DNA of 64,000 nucleotides from Eledone cirrhosa (Eukaryota). Positions 15,601 through 30,819 of this stretch are shown here, piece after piece. Location of the stretch: NCBI GenBank assembly GCA_964016885.1, contig OZ024743.1:361894001-361958000 (forward strand). The letters run 5' to 3'. How positions within the stretch are numbered: the stretch's first letter is position 1; each line of letters starts with the position of its first letter. Under the pieces are notes generated by a model that was given only the letters and a program-made list of their open reading frames with translations, did not search any database and had not been told where the DNA came from. The translations under genes were made by a program, and so were the position numbers.

Positions 15601-16000
15601 GAAACATTTGTTATAACTAGTACAGCACACAGTGCAAACAATTGTTATAACTGATACAGCTCACAGTGGAAACAATTGTTATAACTAGTACAGCACACAG
15701 TGGAAACAATTGTTATAACTAGTACAGCTCACAGTGCAAACAATTGTTATAACTAGTACAGCACACAGTGGAAACAATTGTTATAACTAGTACAGCACAC
15801 AGTGGAAACAATTGTTATAACTAGTACAGCACACAGTGGAAACAATTGTTATAACTAGTACAGCTCACAGTGGAAACAATTGTTATAACTAGTACAGCTG
15901 ACAGTGGAAACAATTGTTATAACTAGTACAGCTGACAGTGGAAACAATTGTTATAACTAGTACAGCACACAGTGGAAATAATTGTTATAACTAGTACAGC
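8777..16000. repeat. 106-monomer (3,602 bp) near-perfect tandem duplication (~8777-12378 / ~12379-16000)
   Basis: Three independent rare markers share offset 3602: the C of TAGTC at 10320/13922, the AGCCACAC insertion at 11001/14603, and GATACAG at 12051/15653. 3602 = 106x34 minus three 1-bp deletions plus one insertion. Confidence 0.92.
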
Positions 16001-17179
16001 ACACAGTGGAAACAATTGTTATAACTAGTACAGCACACAGTGGAAACAATTGTTATAACTAGTACAGCTGACAGAGGAAACAATTGTTATAACTAGTACA
16101 GATGACAGTGGAAACAATTGTTATAAATAGTACAGCTGACAGTGGAAACAATTGTTATAACTGGTACATCACACAGTGGAAACAATTGTTATAACTAGTA
16201 CAGCTGACAGTGGAAACAATTGTTATAACTAGTACAGCACACAGTGGAAACAATTGTTATAACTAGTACAGCACACAGTGCAAACAATTGTTATAACTAG
16301 TACAGCTCACAGTGCAAATAATTGTTATAACTAGTACAGCTCACAGTGGAAACAATTGTTATAACTAGTACAGCTGACAGTGGAAACAATTGTTATAACT
16401 AGTACAGCCACACAGTGGAAACAATTGTTATAACTAGTACAGCACACAGTGGAAACAATTGTTATAACTAGTACAGCTCACAGTGCAAACAATTGTTATA
16501 ACTAGTACAGATCACAGTGGAAACAATTGTTATAACTAGTACAGCTGACAGTGGAAACATTTGTTATAACTAGTACAGCTGACAGTGGAAACAATTGTTA
16601 TAACTGGTACAGCTGACAGTGGAAACAATTGTTATAACTAGTACAGCACACAGTGGAAACAATTATTATAACTAGTACAGCTGACAGTGGAAACAATTGT
16701 TTTAACTAGTACAGCACACAGTGGAAACAATTGTTATAACTAGTACAGCACACAGTGCAAACAATTGTTATAACTAGTACAGCTCACAGTGCAAACAATT
16801 GTTGTAACTAGTACAGCTCACAGTGGAAACAATTGTTATAACTAGTACAGCTGACAGTGGAAACAATTGTTATAACTAGTACAGCACACAGTGCAAACAA
16901 TTTTTATAACTAGTACAGCACACAGTGCAAACAATTGTTATAACTAGCACAGCACACAGTGGAAACAATTGTTATAACTAGTACAGCACACAGTGGAAAC
17001 AATTGTTATAACTAGTACAGCTCACAGTGGAAACAATTGTTATAACTAGTACAGCTGACAGTGGAAACAATTGTTATAACTAGTACAGCACACAGTGGAA
17101 ACAATTGTTATAACTAGTACAGTCTACAGTGCAAACAATTGTTATAACTAGTACAGCTCACAGTGCAAATAATTGTTAT

Positions 17180-20100
17180 AACTAGTACAGCTCACAGTGG
17201 AAACAATTGTTATAACTAGTACAGCTGACAGTGGAAACAATTGTTATAACTAGTACAGCACACAGTGGAAATAATTGTTATATCTAGTACAGCACACAGT
17301 GCAAACAATTGTTATAACTAGTACAGCTCACAGTGCAAACAATTGTTATAACTAGTACAGATCACAGTGGAAACAATTGTTATAACTAGTACCGCTGACA
17401 GTGGAAACAATTGTTATAACTAGTACAGCTCACAGTGGAAACAATTGTTATAACTAGTACAGCTCACAGTGGAAAAATTGTTATAACTAGTACAGCACAC
17501 AGTGCAAACAATTGTTATAACTAGTACAGTACACAGTGGAAATAATTGTTATAACTAGTACAGCACACAGTGCAAACAATTGTTATAACTAGTACAGCAC
17601 ACAGTGGAAATAATTGTTATGACTAGTACAGCTCACAGTGGAAACAATTGTTATAACTAGTACAGCACACAGTGGAAACAATTGTTATAATTAGTACAGC
17701 ACACAGTGCAAACAATTGTTATAACTAGTACAGTACACAGTGGAAATAATTGTTATAACTAGTACAGCACACAGTGCAAACAATTGTTATAACTAGTACA
17801 GCTCACAGTGCAAACAATTGTTATAACTAGTACAGCTCACAGTGGAAACAATTGTTATAACTAGTACAGCTGACAGTGGAAACAATTGTTATAACTAGTA
17901 CAGCTGAGAGTGGAAACAATTGTTATAACTAGTACAGCTGACAGTGGAAACAATTGTTTTAACTAGTACAGCACACAGTGGAAACAATTGTTATAACTAG
18001 TACAGCTTACAGTGCAAACAATTGTTATAACTAGTACAGCTCACAGTGCAAACAATTGTTATAACTAGTACAGCTCACAGTGGAAACAATTGTTATAAAT
18101 AGTACAGCTCACAGTGGAAACAATTGTTATAACTAGTTCAGCTGACAGTGGAAACAATTGTTATAACTAGTACAGCACACAGTGGAAACAATTGTTATAA
18201 CTAGTACAGTCTACAGTGCAAACAATTGTTATAACTAGTACAGCTCACAGTGCAAACAATTGTTATAACTAGTACAGCACACAGTGGAAACAATTGTTAT
18301 AATTAGTACAGCTCACAGTGCAAACAATTGTTATAACTAGTACAGCTCACAGTTGAAACATTTGTTATAACTAGTACAGCTGACAGTGGAAACAGTTGTT
18401 ATAACTAGTACAGCACACAGTGGAAACAATTATTATAACTAGTACAGCTCACAGTGGAAACAATTGATATAACTAGTACAGCACACAGTGAAAACAATTG
18501 TTATAACTAGTACAGCTCACAGTGGAAACAATTGTTATAACTAGTACCGCACACAGTGGAAACATTGTTATAACTAGTACAGCACACAGTGCAAACAATT
18601 GTTATAACTAGTACAGCACACAGTGGAAACAATTGTTATATCTAGTACAGCTCACAGTGGAAACAATTGTTATAACTAGTACAGCCCACAGTGGAAACAA
18701 TTGTTTTAACTAGTACAGCACACAGTGGAAACAATTATTATAACTAGTACAGCTCACAGTGGAAACAATTGTTATAACTAGTACAGCACACAATGGAAAC
18801 AATTGTTATAACTAGTACAGCTGACAGTGGAAACAATTGTTATAACTAGTACGGCTGACAGTGGAACAATTGTTATAACTAGTACAGCACACAGTGGAAA
18901 CATTTGTTATAACTAGTACAGCTCATAGTGGAAACAATTGATATAACTAGTACATCACACAGTGGAAACAATTGTTATAACAAGTACAGCTCACAGTGGA
19001 AACAATTGTTATAACTAGTACAGCACACAGTGGAAACATTGTTATAACTAGTACAGCACACAGTGCAAACAATTGTTATAACTAGTACAGCACACAGTGG
19101 AAACAATTGTTATAACTAGTACAGCTCACAGTGGAAGCAATTGTTATAACTAGTACAGCTGACAGTGGAAACAATTGTTATAACTAGTACAGCACACAGT
19201 GGAAATAATTGTTATATCTAGTACAGCACACAGTGCAAACAATTGTTATAACTAGTACAGCTCACAGTGCAAACAATTGTTATAACTAGTACAGATCACA
19301 GTGGAAACAATTGTTATAACTAGTACCGCTGACAGTGGAAACAATTGTTATAACTAGTACAGCTCACAGTGGAAACAATTGTTATAACTAGTACAGCTCA
19401 CAGTGGAAACAATTGTTATGACTAGTACAGCTCACAGTGGAAACAATTGTTATAACTAGTACAGCACACAGTGGAAACAATTGTTATAATTAGTACAGCA
19501 CACAGTGCAAACAATTGTTATAACTAGTACAGCACACAGTGCAAACAATTGTTATAACTAGTACAGTACACAGTGGAAATAATTGTTATAACTAGTACAG
19601 CACACAGTGCAAACAATTGTTATAACTAGTACAGCTCACAGTGCAAACAATTGTTATAACTAGTACAGCTCACAGTGGAAACAATTGTTATAACTAGTAC
19701 AGCTGACAGTGGAAACAATTGTTATAACTAGTACAGCTGAGAGTGGAAACAATTGTTATAACTAGTACAGCTGACAGTGGAAACAATTGTTTTAACTAGT
19801 ACAGCACACAGTGGAAACAATTGTTATAACTAGTACAGCTGACAGTGCAAACAATTGTTATAACTAGTACAGCTCACAGTGCAAACAATTGTTATAACTA
19901 GTACAGCTCACAGTGGAAACAATTGTTATAACTAGTTCAGCTGACAGTGGAAACAATTGTTATAACTAGTTCAGCTGACAGTGGAAACAATTGTTATAAC
20001 TAGTACAGCACACAGTGGAAACAATTGTTATAACTAGTACAGTCTACAGTGCAAACAATTGTTATAACTAGTACAGCTCACAGTGCAAACAATTGTTATA

Positions 20101-22860
20101 ACTAGTACAGCACACAGTGGAAACAATTGTTATAATTAGTACAGCTCACAGTGCAAACAATTGTTATAACTAGTACAGCTCACAGTTGAAACATTTGTTA
20201 TAACTAGTACAGCTGACAGTGGAAACAGTTGTTATAACTAGTACAGCACACAGTGGAAACAATTATTATAACTAGTACAGCTCACAGTGGAAACAATTGA
20301 TATAACTAGTACAGCACACAGTGAAAACAATTGTTATAACTAGTACAGCTCACAGTGGAAACAATTGTTATAACTAGTACCGCACACAGTGGAAACATTG
20401 TTATAACTAGTACAGCACACAGTGCAAACAATTGTTATAACTAGTACAGCACACAGTGGAAACAATTGTTATATCTAGTACAGCTCACAGTGGAAACAAT
20501 TGTTATAACTAGTACAGCCCACAGTGGAAACAATTGTTTTAACTAGTACAGCACACAGTGGAAACAATTATTATAACTAGTACAGCTCACAGTGGAAACA
20601 ATTGTTATAACTAGTACAGCACACAATGGAAACAATTGTTATAACTAGTACAGCTGACAGTGGAAACAATTGTTATAACTAGTACGGCTGACAGTGGAAA
20701 CAATTGTTATAACTAGTACAGCACACAGTGGAAACATTTGTTATAACTAGTACAGCTCATAGTGGAAACAATTGATATAACTAGTACATCACACAGTGGA
20801 AACAATTGTTATAACAAGTACAGCTCACAGTGGAAACAATTGTTATAACTAGTACAGCACACAGTGGAAACATTGTTATAACTAGTACAGCACACAGTGC
20901 AAACAATTGTTATAACTAGTACAGCACACAGTGGAAACAATTGTTATAACTAGTACAGCTCACAGTGGAAGCAATTGTTATAACTAGTACAGCTGACAGT
21001 GGAAACAATTGTTATAACTAGTACAGCACACAGTGGAAATAATTGTTATATCTAGTACAGCACACAGTGCAAACAATTGTTATAACTAGTACAGCTCACA
21101 GTGCAAACAATTGTTATAACTAGTACAGATCACAGTGGAAACAATTGTTATAACTAGTACCGCTGACAGTGGAAACAATTGTTATAACTAGTACAGCTCA
21201 CAGTGGAAACAATTGTTATAACTAGTACAGCTCACAGTGGAAACAATTGTTATGACTAGTACAGCTCACAGTGGAAACAATTGTTATAACTAGTACAGCA
21301 CACAGTGGAAACAATTGTTATAATTAGTACAGCACACAGTGCAAACAATTGTTATAACTAGTACAGTACACAGTGGAAATAATTGTTATAACTAGTACAG
21401 CACACAGTGCAAACAATTGTTATAACTAGTACAGCTCACAGTGCAAACAATTGTTATAACTAGTACAGCTCACAGTGGAAACAATTGTTATAACTAGTAC
21501 AGCTGACAGTGGAAACAATTGTTATAACTAGTACAGCTGACAGTGGAAACAATTGTTATAACTAGTACAGCTGACAGTGGAAACAATTGTTTTAACTAGT
21601 ACAGCACACAGTGGAAACAATTGTTATAACTAGTACAGCTGACAGTGCAAACAATTGTTATAACTAGTACAGCTCACAGTGCAAACAATTGTTATAACTA
21701 GTACAGCTCACAGTGGAAACAATTGTTATAAATAGTACAGCTCACAGTGGAAACAATTGTTATAACTAGTTCAGCTGACAGTGGAAACAATTGTTATAAC
21801 TAGTACAGCTGACAGAGGAAACAATTGTTATAACTAGTACAGCTGACAGTGGAAACAATTGTTATAACTAGTACAGCACACAGTGGAAACAATTGTTATA
21901 ACTAGTACAGCACACAGTGGAAACAATTGTTATAACTAGTACAGTCTACAGTGCAAACAATTGTTATAACTAGTACAGCTCACAGTGCAAACAATTGTTA
22001 TGACTAGTACAGCTCACAGTGGAAACAATTGTTATAATTAGTACAGCTCACAGTGCAAACAATTGTTATAACTAGTACAGCTCACAATTGAAACATTTGT
22101 TATAACTAGTACAGCTGACAGTGGAAACAGTTGTTATAACTAGTACAGCACACAGTGGAAACAATTATTATAACTAGTACAGCTCACAGTGGAAACAATT
22201 GATATAACTAGTACAGCACACAGTGAAAACAATTGTTATAACTAGTACAGCTCACAGTGGAAACAATTGTTATAACTAGTACCGCACACAGTGGAAACAT
22301 TGTTATAACTAGTACAGCACACAGTGCAAACAATTGTTATAACTAGTACAGCACACAGTGGAAACAATTGTTATATCTAGTACAGCTCACAGTGGAAACA
22401 ATTGTTATAACTAGTACAGCCCACAGTGGAAACAATTGTTTTAACTAGTACAGCACACAGTGGAAACAATTATTATAACTAGTACAGCTCACAGTGTAAA
22501 CAATTGTTATAACTAGTACAGCACACAATGGAAACAATTGTTATAACTAGTACAGCTGACAGTGGAAACAATTGTTATAACTAGTACGGCTGACAGTGGA
22601 AACAATTGTTATAACTAGTACAGCACACATTGGAAACATTTGTTATAACTAGTACAGCTCATAGTGGAAACAATTGATATAACTAGTACATCACACAGTG
22701 GAAACAATTGTTATAACAAGTACAGCTCACAGTGGAAACAATTGTTATAACTAGTACAGCACACAGTGGAAACATTGTTATAACTAGTACAGCACACAGT
22801 GCAAAAAATTGTTATAACTAGTACAGCACACAGTGGAAACAATTGTTATAACTAGTACAG
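17180..22860. repeat. ~54-57-monomer (~1.83-1.93 kb) higher-order unit in about three imperfect copies
   Basis: ACCGCTGAC at 17391, 19325 and 21159 (offsets 1934, 1834). GTGGAAGCAA at 19131 and 20965 (offset 1834 = 54x34-2). Confidence 0.8.
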
Positions 22861-25800
22861 CTCACAGTGGAAACAATTGTTATAACTAGTACAGCTGACA
22901 GTGCAAACAATTGTTATAACTAGTACAGCTCACAGTTGAAACATTTGTTATAACTAGTACAGCTGACAGTGGAAACAGTTGTTATAACTAGTACAGCACA
23001 CAGTGGAAACAATTAATATAACTAGTACAGCTTACAGTGGAAACAATTGATATAACTAGTACAGCACACAGTGAAAACAATTGTTATAACTAGTACAGCT
23101 CACAGTGGAAACAATTGTTATAACTAGTACCGCACACAGTGGAAACATTGTTATAACTAGTACAGCACACAATGCAAACAATTGTTATAACTAGTACAGC
23201 ACACAGTGGAAGCAATTGTTATATCTAGTACAGCTCACAGTGGAAACAATTGTTATAACTAGTACAGCCCACAGTGGAAACAATTGTTATAACTAGTACA
23301 GCACACAGTGGAAACAATTATTATAACTAGTACAGCTCACAATGGAAACAATTGTTATAACTAGTACAGCACACAATGGAAACAATTGTTATAACTAGTA
23401 CAGCTGACAGTGGAAACAATTGTTATAACTAGTACGGCTGACAGTGGAAACAATTGTTATAACTAGTACAGCACACAGTGGAAACATTTGTTATAACTAG
23501 TACAGCTCATAGTGGAAACAATTGATATAACTAGTACATCACACAGTGGAAACAATTGTTATAACAAGTACAGCTCACAGTGGAAACAATTGTTATAACT
23601 AGTACAGCACACAGTGGAAACATTGTTATAACTAGTACAGCACACAGTGCAAACAATTGTTATAACTAGTACAGCAGACAGTGGAAACAATTGTTATAAC
23701 TAGTACAGCTCACAGTGGAAACAATTGTTATAACTAGTACAGCTGACAGTGGAAACAATTGTTATAAATAGTACAGCACACAGTGGAAACAATTGTTATA
23801 CCTAGTACAGCACACAGGGGAAACAATTGTTATAACTAGTACATCACACAGTGGAAACAATTGTTATAACTAGTACAGCACACAGTGGAAACAATTATTA
23901 TAACTAGTACAGCACACAGTGCAAACATTTGTTATAACTAGTACAGCTCACAGTAGAAACAATTGTTATAACTAGTACAGCACACAGTGGAAACAATTGT
24001 TATAACTAGTACAGCTGACAGTGGAAACAATTGTTATAACTAGTACAGCACACAGTGGAAACATTTGTTATAACTAGTACAGCTCATAGTGGAAACAATT
24101 GATATAACTAGTACATCACACAGTGGAAACAATTGTTATAACAAGTACACCTCACAGTGGAAACAATTGTTATAACTAGTACAGCACACAGTGGAAACAA
24201 TTGTTATAACTAGTACAGCACACAGTGGAAACAATTGTTATAACTAGTACAGCACACAGTGGAAACAATTGTTATAACTAGTACAGCACACAGTGGAAAC
24301 AATTGTTATAACTAGTAAAGCACACAATGGAAACAATTCTTATAACTAGTACAGCTCACAGTGCAAATAGTTGTTATAACTAGTCAGCACACAGTGGAAA
24401 CAATTGTTATAACTAGTACAGCACACAGTGAAAGCAATTGTTATAACTAGTACAGTTGACAGTGGAAACAATTGTTATAACTAGTACAGCACACAGTGCA
24501 AACAATTGTTATAACTAGTACAGCACACAGTGCAAACAATTGTTATAAATAGTACAGCACACAGTGGAAACAATTGTTATAACTAGTACAGCTCACAGTG
24601 GAAACAATTGTTATAACTAGTACAGCCCACAGTGGAAACAATTGTTATAACTAGTACAGCTCACAGTGGAAACAATTGTTATAACTAGTACATCTGACAG
24701 TGGAAACAATTGTTATAACTATTACAGCTGACAGTGAAAACAATTGTTATAACTAGTACAGCTGACAGTGGAAACAATTGTTATAACTAGTACAGCACAC
24801 AGTGAAAACAATTGTTATAATTAGTAGAGCTGACAGTGGAAACAATTGTTATAACTAGTACAGCACACAGTGCAAACAATTGTTATAACTAGTACAGCTC
24901 ACAGTGCAAACAATTGTTATAACTAGTACAGCTCACGGTGGAAACAATTGTTATAACTAGTACAGCTGACAGTGGAAACAATTGTTATAACTAGTACAGC
25001 TGACAGTGGAAACAATTGTTATAACTAGTACAGCTGACAGTGGAAACAATTGTTTTAACTAGTACAGCACACAGTGGAAACAATTGTTATAACTAGTACA
25101 GCTGACAGTGCAAACAATTGTTATAACTAGTACAGCTCACAGTGCAAACAATCGTTATAACTAGTACAGCTCACAGTGGAAACAATTGTTATAAATAGTA
25201 CAGCTCACAGTGGAAACAATTGTTATAACTAGTTCAGCTGACAGTGGAAACAATTGTTATAACTAGTACAGCTGACAGAGGAAACAATTGTTATAACTAG
25301 TACAGCTGACAGTGGAAACAATTGTTATAACTAGTACAGCACACAGTGGAAACAATTGTTATAACTAGTACAGCACACAGTGGAAACAATTGTTATAACT
25401 AGTACAGTCTACAGTGCAAACAATTGTTATAACTAGTACAGCTCACAGTGCAAACAATTGTTATGACTAGTACAGCTCACAGTGGAAACAATTGTTATAA
25501 TTAGTACAGCTCACAGTGCAAACAATTGTTATAACTAGTACAGCTCACAATTGAAACATTTGTTATAACTAGTACAGCTGACAGTGGAAACAGTTGTTAT
25601 AACTAGTACAGCACACAGTGGAAACAATTATTATAACTAGTACAGCTCACAGTGGAAACAATTGATATAACTAGTACAGCACACAGTGAAAACAATTGTT
25701 ATAACTAGTACAGCTCACAGTGGAAACAATTGTTATAACTAGTACCGCACACAGTGGAAACATTGTTATAACTAGTACAGCACACAGTGCAAACAATTGT

Positions 25801-28430
25801 TATAACTAGTACAGCACACAGTGGAAACAATTGTTATATCTAGTACAGCTCACAGTGGAAACAATTGTTATAACTAGTACAGCCCACAGTGGAAACAATT
25901 GTTTTAACTAGTACAGCACACAGTGGAAACAATTATTATAACTAGTACAGCTCACAGTGTAAACAATTGTTATAACTAGTACAGCACACAATGGAAACAA
26001 TTGTTATAACTAGTACAGCTGACAGTGGAAACAATTGTTATAACTAGTACGGCTGACAGTGGAAACAATTGTTATAACTAGTACAGCACACAGTGGAAAC
26101 ATTTGTTATAACTAGTACAGCTCATAGTGGAAACAATTGATATAACTAGTACATCACACAGTGGAAACAATTGTTATAACAAGTACAGCTCACAGTGGAA
26201 ACAATTGTTATAACTAGTACAGCACACAGTGGAAACATTGTTATAACTAGTACAGCACACAGTGCAAAAAATTGTTATAACTAGTACAGCACACAGTGGA
26301 AACAATTGTTATAACTAGTACAGCTCACAGTGGAAACAATTGTTATAACTAGTACAGCTGACAGTGCAAACAATTGTTATAACTAGTACAGCTCACAGTT
26401 GAAACATTTGTTATAACTAGTACAGCTGACAGTGGAAACAGTTGTTATAACTAGTACAGCACACAGTGGAAACAATTAATATAACTAGTACAGCTTACAG
26501 TGGAAACAATTGATATAACTAGTACAGCACACAGTGAAAACAATTGTTATAACTAGTACAGCTCACAGTGGAAACAATTGTTATAACTAGTACCGCACAC
26601 AGTGGAAACATTGTTATAACTAGTACAGCACACAATGCAAACAATTGTTATAACTAGTACAGCACACAGTGGAAGCAATTGTTATATCTAGTACAGCTCA
26701 CAGTGGAAACAATTGTTATAACTAGTACAGCCCACAGTGGAAACAATTGTTATAACTAGTACAGCACACAGTGGAAACAATTATTATAACTAGTACAGCT
26801 CACAGTGGAAACAATTGTTATAACTAGTACAGCACACAATGGAAACAATTGTTATAACTAGTACAGCTGACAGTGGAAACAATTGTTATAACTAGTACGG
26901 CTGACAGTGGAAACAATTGTTATAACTAGTACAGCACACAGTGGAAACATTTGTTATAACTAGTACAGCTCATAGTGGAAACAATTGATATAACTAGTAC
27001 ATCACACAGTGGAAACAACTGTTATAACAAGTACAGCTCACAGTGGAAACAATTGTTATAACTAGTACAGCACACAGTGGAAACATTGTTATAACTAGTA
27101 CAGCACACAGTGCAAACAATTGTTATAACTAGTACAGCAGACAGTGGAAACAATTGTTATAACTAGTACAGCTCACAGTGGAAACAATTGTTATAACTAG
27201 TACAGCTGACAGTGGAAACAATTGTTATAAATAGTACAGCACACAGTGGAAACAATTGTTATACCTAGTACAGCACACAGGGGAAACAATTGTTATAACT
27301 AGTACATCACACAGTGGAAACAATTGTTATAACTAGTACAGCACACAGTGGAAACAATTATTATAACTAGTACAGCACACAGTGCAAACATTTGTTATAA
27401 CTAGTACAGCTCACAGTAGAAACAATTGTTATAACTAGTACAGCACACAGTGGAAACAATTGTTATAACTAGTACAGCTGACAGTGGAAACAATTGTTAT
27501 AACTAGTACAGCACACAGTGGAAACATTTGTTATAACTAGTACAGCTCATAGTGGAAACAATTGATATAACTAGTACATCACACAGTGGAAACAATTGTT
27601 ATAACAAGTACACCTCACAGTGGAAACAATTGTTATAACTAGTACAGCACACAGTGGAAACAATTGTTATAACTAGTACAGCACACAGTGGAAACAATTG
27701 TTATAACTAGTACAGCACACAGTGGAAACAATTGTTATAACTAGTACAGCACACAGTGGAAACAATTGTTATAACTAGTAAAGCACACAATGGAAACAAT
27801 TCTTATAACTAGTACAGCTCACAGTGCAAATAGTTGTTATAACTAGTCAGCACACAGTGGAAACAATTGTTATAACTAGTACAGCACACAGTGAAAGCAA
27901 TTGTTATAACTAGTACAGTTGACAGTGGAAACAATTGTTATAACTAGTACAGCACACAGTGCAAACAATTGTTATAACTAGTACAGCACACAGTGCAAAC
28001 AATTGTTATAAATAGTACAGCACACAGTGGAAACAATTGTTATAACTAGTACAGCTCACAGTGGAAACAATTGTTATAACTAGTACAGCCCACAGTGGAA
28101 ACAATTGTTATAACTAGTACAGCTCACAGTGGAAACAATTGTTATAACTAGTACATCTGACAGTGGAAGCAATTGTTATAACTATTACAGCTGACAGTGA
28201 AAACAATTGTTATAACTAGTACAGCTGACAGTGGAAACAATTGTTATAACTAGTACAGCACACAGTGAAAACAATTGTTATAATTAGTAGAGCTGACAGT
28301 GGAAACAATTGTTATAACTAGTACAGCACACAGTGCAAACAATTGTTATAACTAGTACAGCTCACAGTGCAAACAATTGTTATAACTAGTACAGCTCACG
28401 GTGGAAACAATTGTTATAACTAGTACAGCT
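21475..28430. repeat. 102-monomer (3,463 bp) tandem duplication (~21475-24937 / ~24938-28430)
   Basis: CTCACAATTGAAAC at 22081/25544 and TAGTCAG at 24381/27844 (offset 3463 = 102x34-5). Both copies share the variants GTGTAAA, GCAAAAAATT, AATTAATAT, CAGCAGAC and AATTCTT. Confidence 0.9.
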
Positions 28431-30819
28431 CACAGTGGAAACAATTGTTATAACTAGTACAGCACACAGTGGAAATAATTGTTATAACTAGTACAGCACA
28501 CAGTGCAAACAATTGTTATAACTAGTACAGCTCACAGTGCAAACAATTGTTATAACTAGTACAGCGCACAGTGGAAAAATTGTTATAACTAGTACAGCTG
28601 ACAGTGGAAACAATTGTTATAACTAGTACAGCTGACGGTGGAAACAATTGTTATAACTAGTACAGCACACGGTGGAAACAATTGTTATAACTACTACAGC
28701 TGACAGTGGAAACAATTGTTTTAACTAGTACAGCACACAGTGGAAACAATTGTTATAACTAGTACAGCTCACAGTGGAAACAATTGTTATAACTATTACA
28801 GCTCACAGTGGAAACAATTGTTATAACTAGTACAGCTGACAGTGGAAACAATTGTTATAACTAGTACAGCACACAGTGAAAACAATTGTTATAATTAGTA
28901 GAGCTGACAGTGGAAACAATTGTTATAACTAGTACAGCACACAGTGGAAACAATTGTTATAACTAGTACAGCACACAGTGCAAACAATTGTTATAACTAG
29001 TACAGCTCACAGTGCAAACAATTGTTATAACTAGTACAGCGCACAGTGGAAAAATTGTTATAACTAGTACAGCTGACAGTGGAAACAATTGTTATAACTA
29101 GTATAGCTGACAGTGGAAACAATTGTTATAACTAGTACAGCACACGGTGGAAGCAATTGTTATAACTACTACAGCTGACAGTGGAAACAATTGTTTTAAC
29201 TAGTACAGCACACAGTGGAAACAATTGTTATAACTAGTACAGCTCACAGTGGAAACAATTGTTATAACTAGTACAGCTCACAGTGGAAACAATTGTTATA
29301 ACTAGTACAGCTGACAGTGGAAACAATTGTTATAGCTAGTACAGCACACAGTGGAAACAATTGTTATAACTAGTACAGCACACAGTGGAAACAATTATTA
29401 TAACTAGTACAGCTCACAGTGCAAACAATTGTTATAACTAGTACAGCACACAGTGGAAACAATTGTTATAACTAGTACAGCTCACAGTGCAAACAATTGT
29501 TATAACTAGTACAGCACACAGTGGAAACAATTGTTATAACTAGTACAGCACACAGTGCAAACAATTGTTATAATTAGTACAGCACACAGTGGAAACAATT
29601 GTTATAACTAGTACAGCACACAGTGCAAACAATTTTTATAACTAGTACAGCACACAGTGCAAACAATTGTTATAACTAGCACAGCACACAGTGGAAACAA
29701 TTGTTTTAACTAGTACAGCTCACAGTGGAAACAATTGTTATAACTAGTACAGCTCAGAGTGGAAACAATTGTTATGACTAGTACAGCTCACAGTGGAAAC
29801 AATTGTTATAACTAGTACAGCACACAGTGGAAACAATTGTTATAACTAATACAGCTCACAGTGCAAACAATTGTTATAACTAGTACAGCTCACAGTGGAA
29901 ACAATTGTTATGACTAGTACAGCACACAGGGGAAACAATTGTTATAACTAGTACATCACACAGTGGAAACAATTGTTATAACTAGTACAGCACACAGTGG
30001 AAACAATTATTATAACTAGTGCAGCACACAGTGCAAACATTTGTTATAACTAGTACAGCTCACAGTAGAAACAATTGTTATAACTAGTACAGCACACAGT
30101 GGAAACAATTGTTATAACTAGTACAGCTGACAGTGGAAACAATTGTTATAACTAGTACAGCACACAGTGGAAACAATTGTTATAACTAGTACAGCACACA
30201 GTGGAAACAATTGTTATAACTAGTAAAGCACACAATGGAAACAATTGTTATAACTAGTACAGCTCGCAGTGCAAATAGTTGTTATAACTAGTCAGCACAC
30301 AGTGGAAACAATTGTTATAACTAGTACAGCACACAGTGAAAGCAATTGTTATAACTAGTACAGTTGACAGTGGAAACAATTGTTATAACTAGTACAGCAC
30401 ACAGTGCAAACAATTGTTATAACTAGTACAGCACACAGTGCAAACAATTGTTATAAATAGTACAGCACACAGTGGAAACAATTGTTATAACTAGTACAGC
30501 TCACAGTGGAAACAATTGTTATAACTAGTACAGCCCACAGTGGAAACAATTGTTATAACTAGTACAGCTCACAGTGGAAACAATTGTTATAACTAGTACA
30601 GCTGACAGTGGAAACAATTGTTATAACTATTACAGCTGACAGTGAAAACAATTGTTATAACTAGTACAGCTGACAGTGGAAACAATTGTTATAACTAGTA
30701 CAGCACACAGTGAAAACAATTGTTATAATTAGTAGAGCTGACAGTGGAAACAATTGTTATAACTAGTACAGCACACAGTGGAAACATTTGTTATAACTAG
30801 TACAGCACACAGTGCAAAC

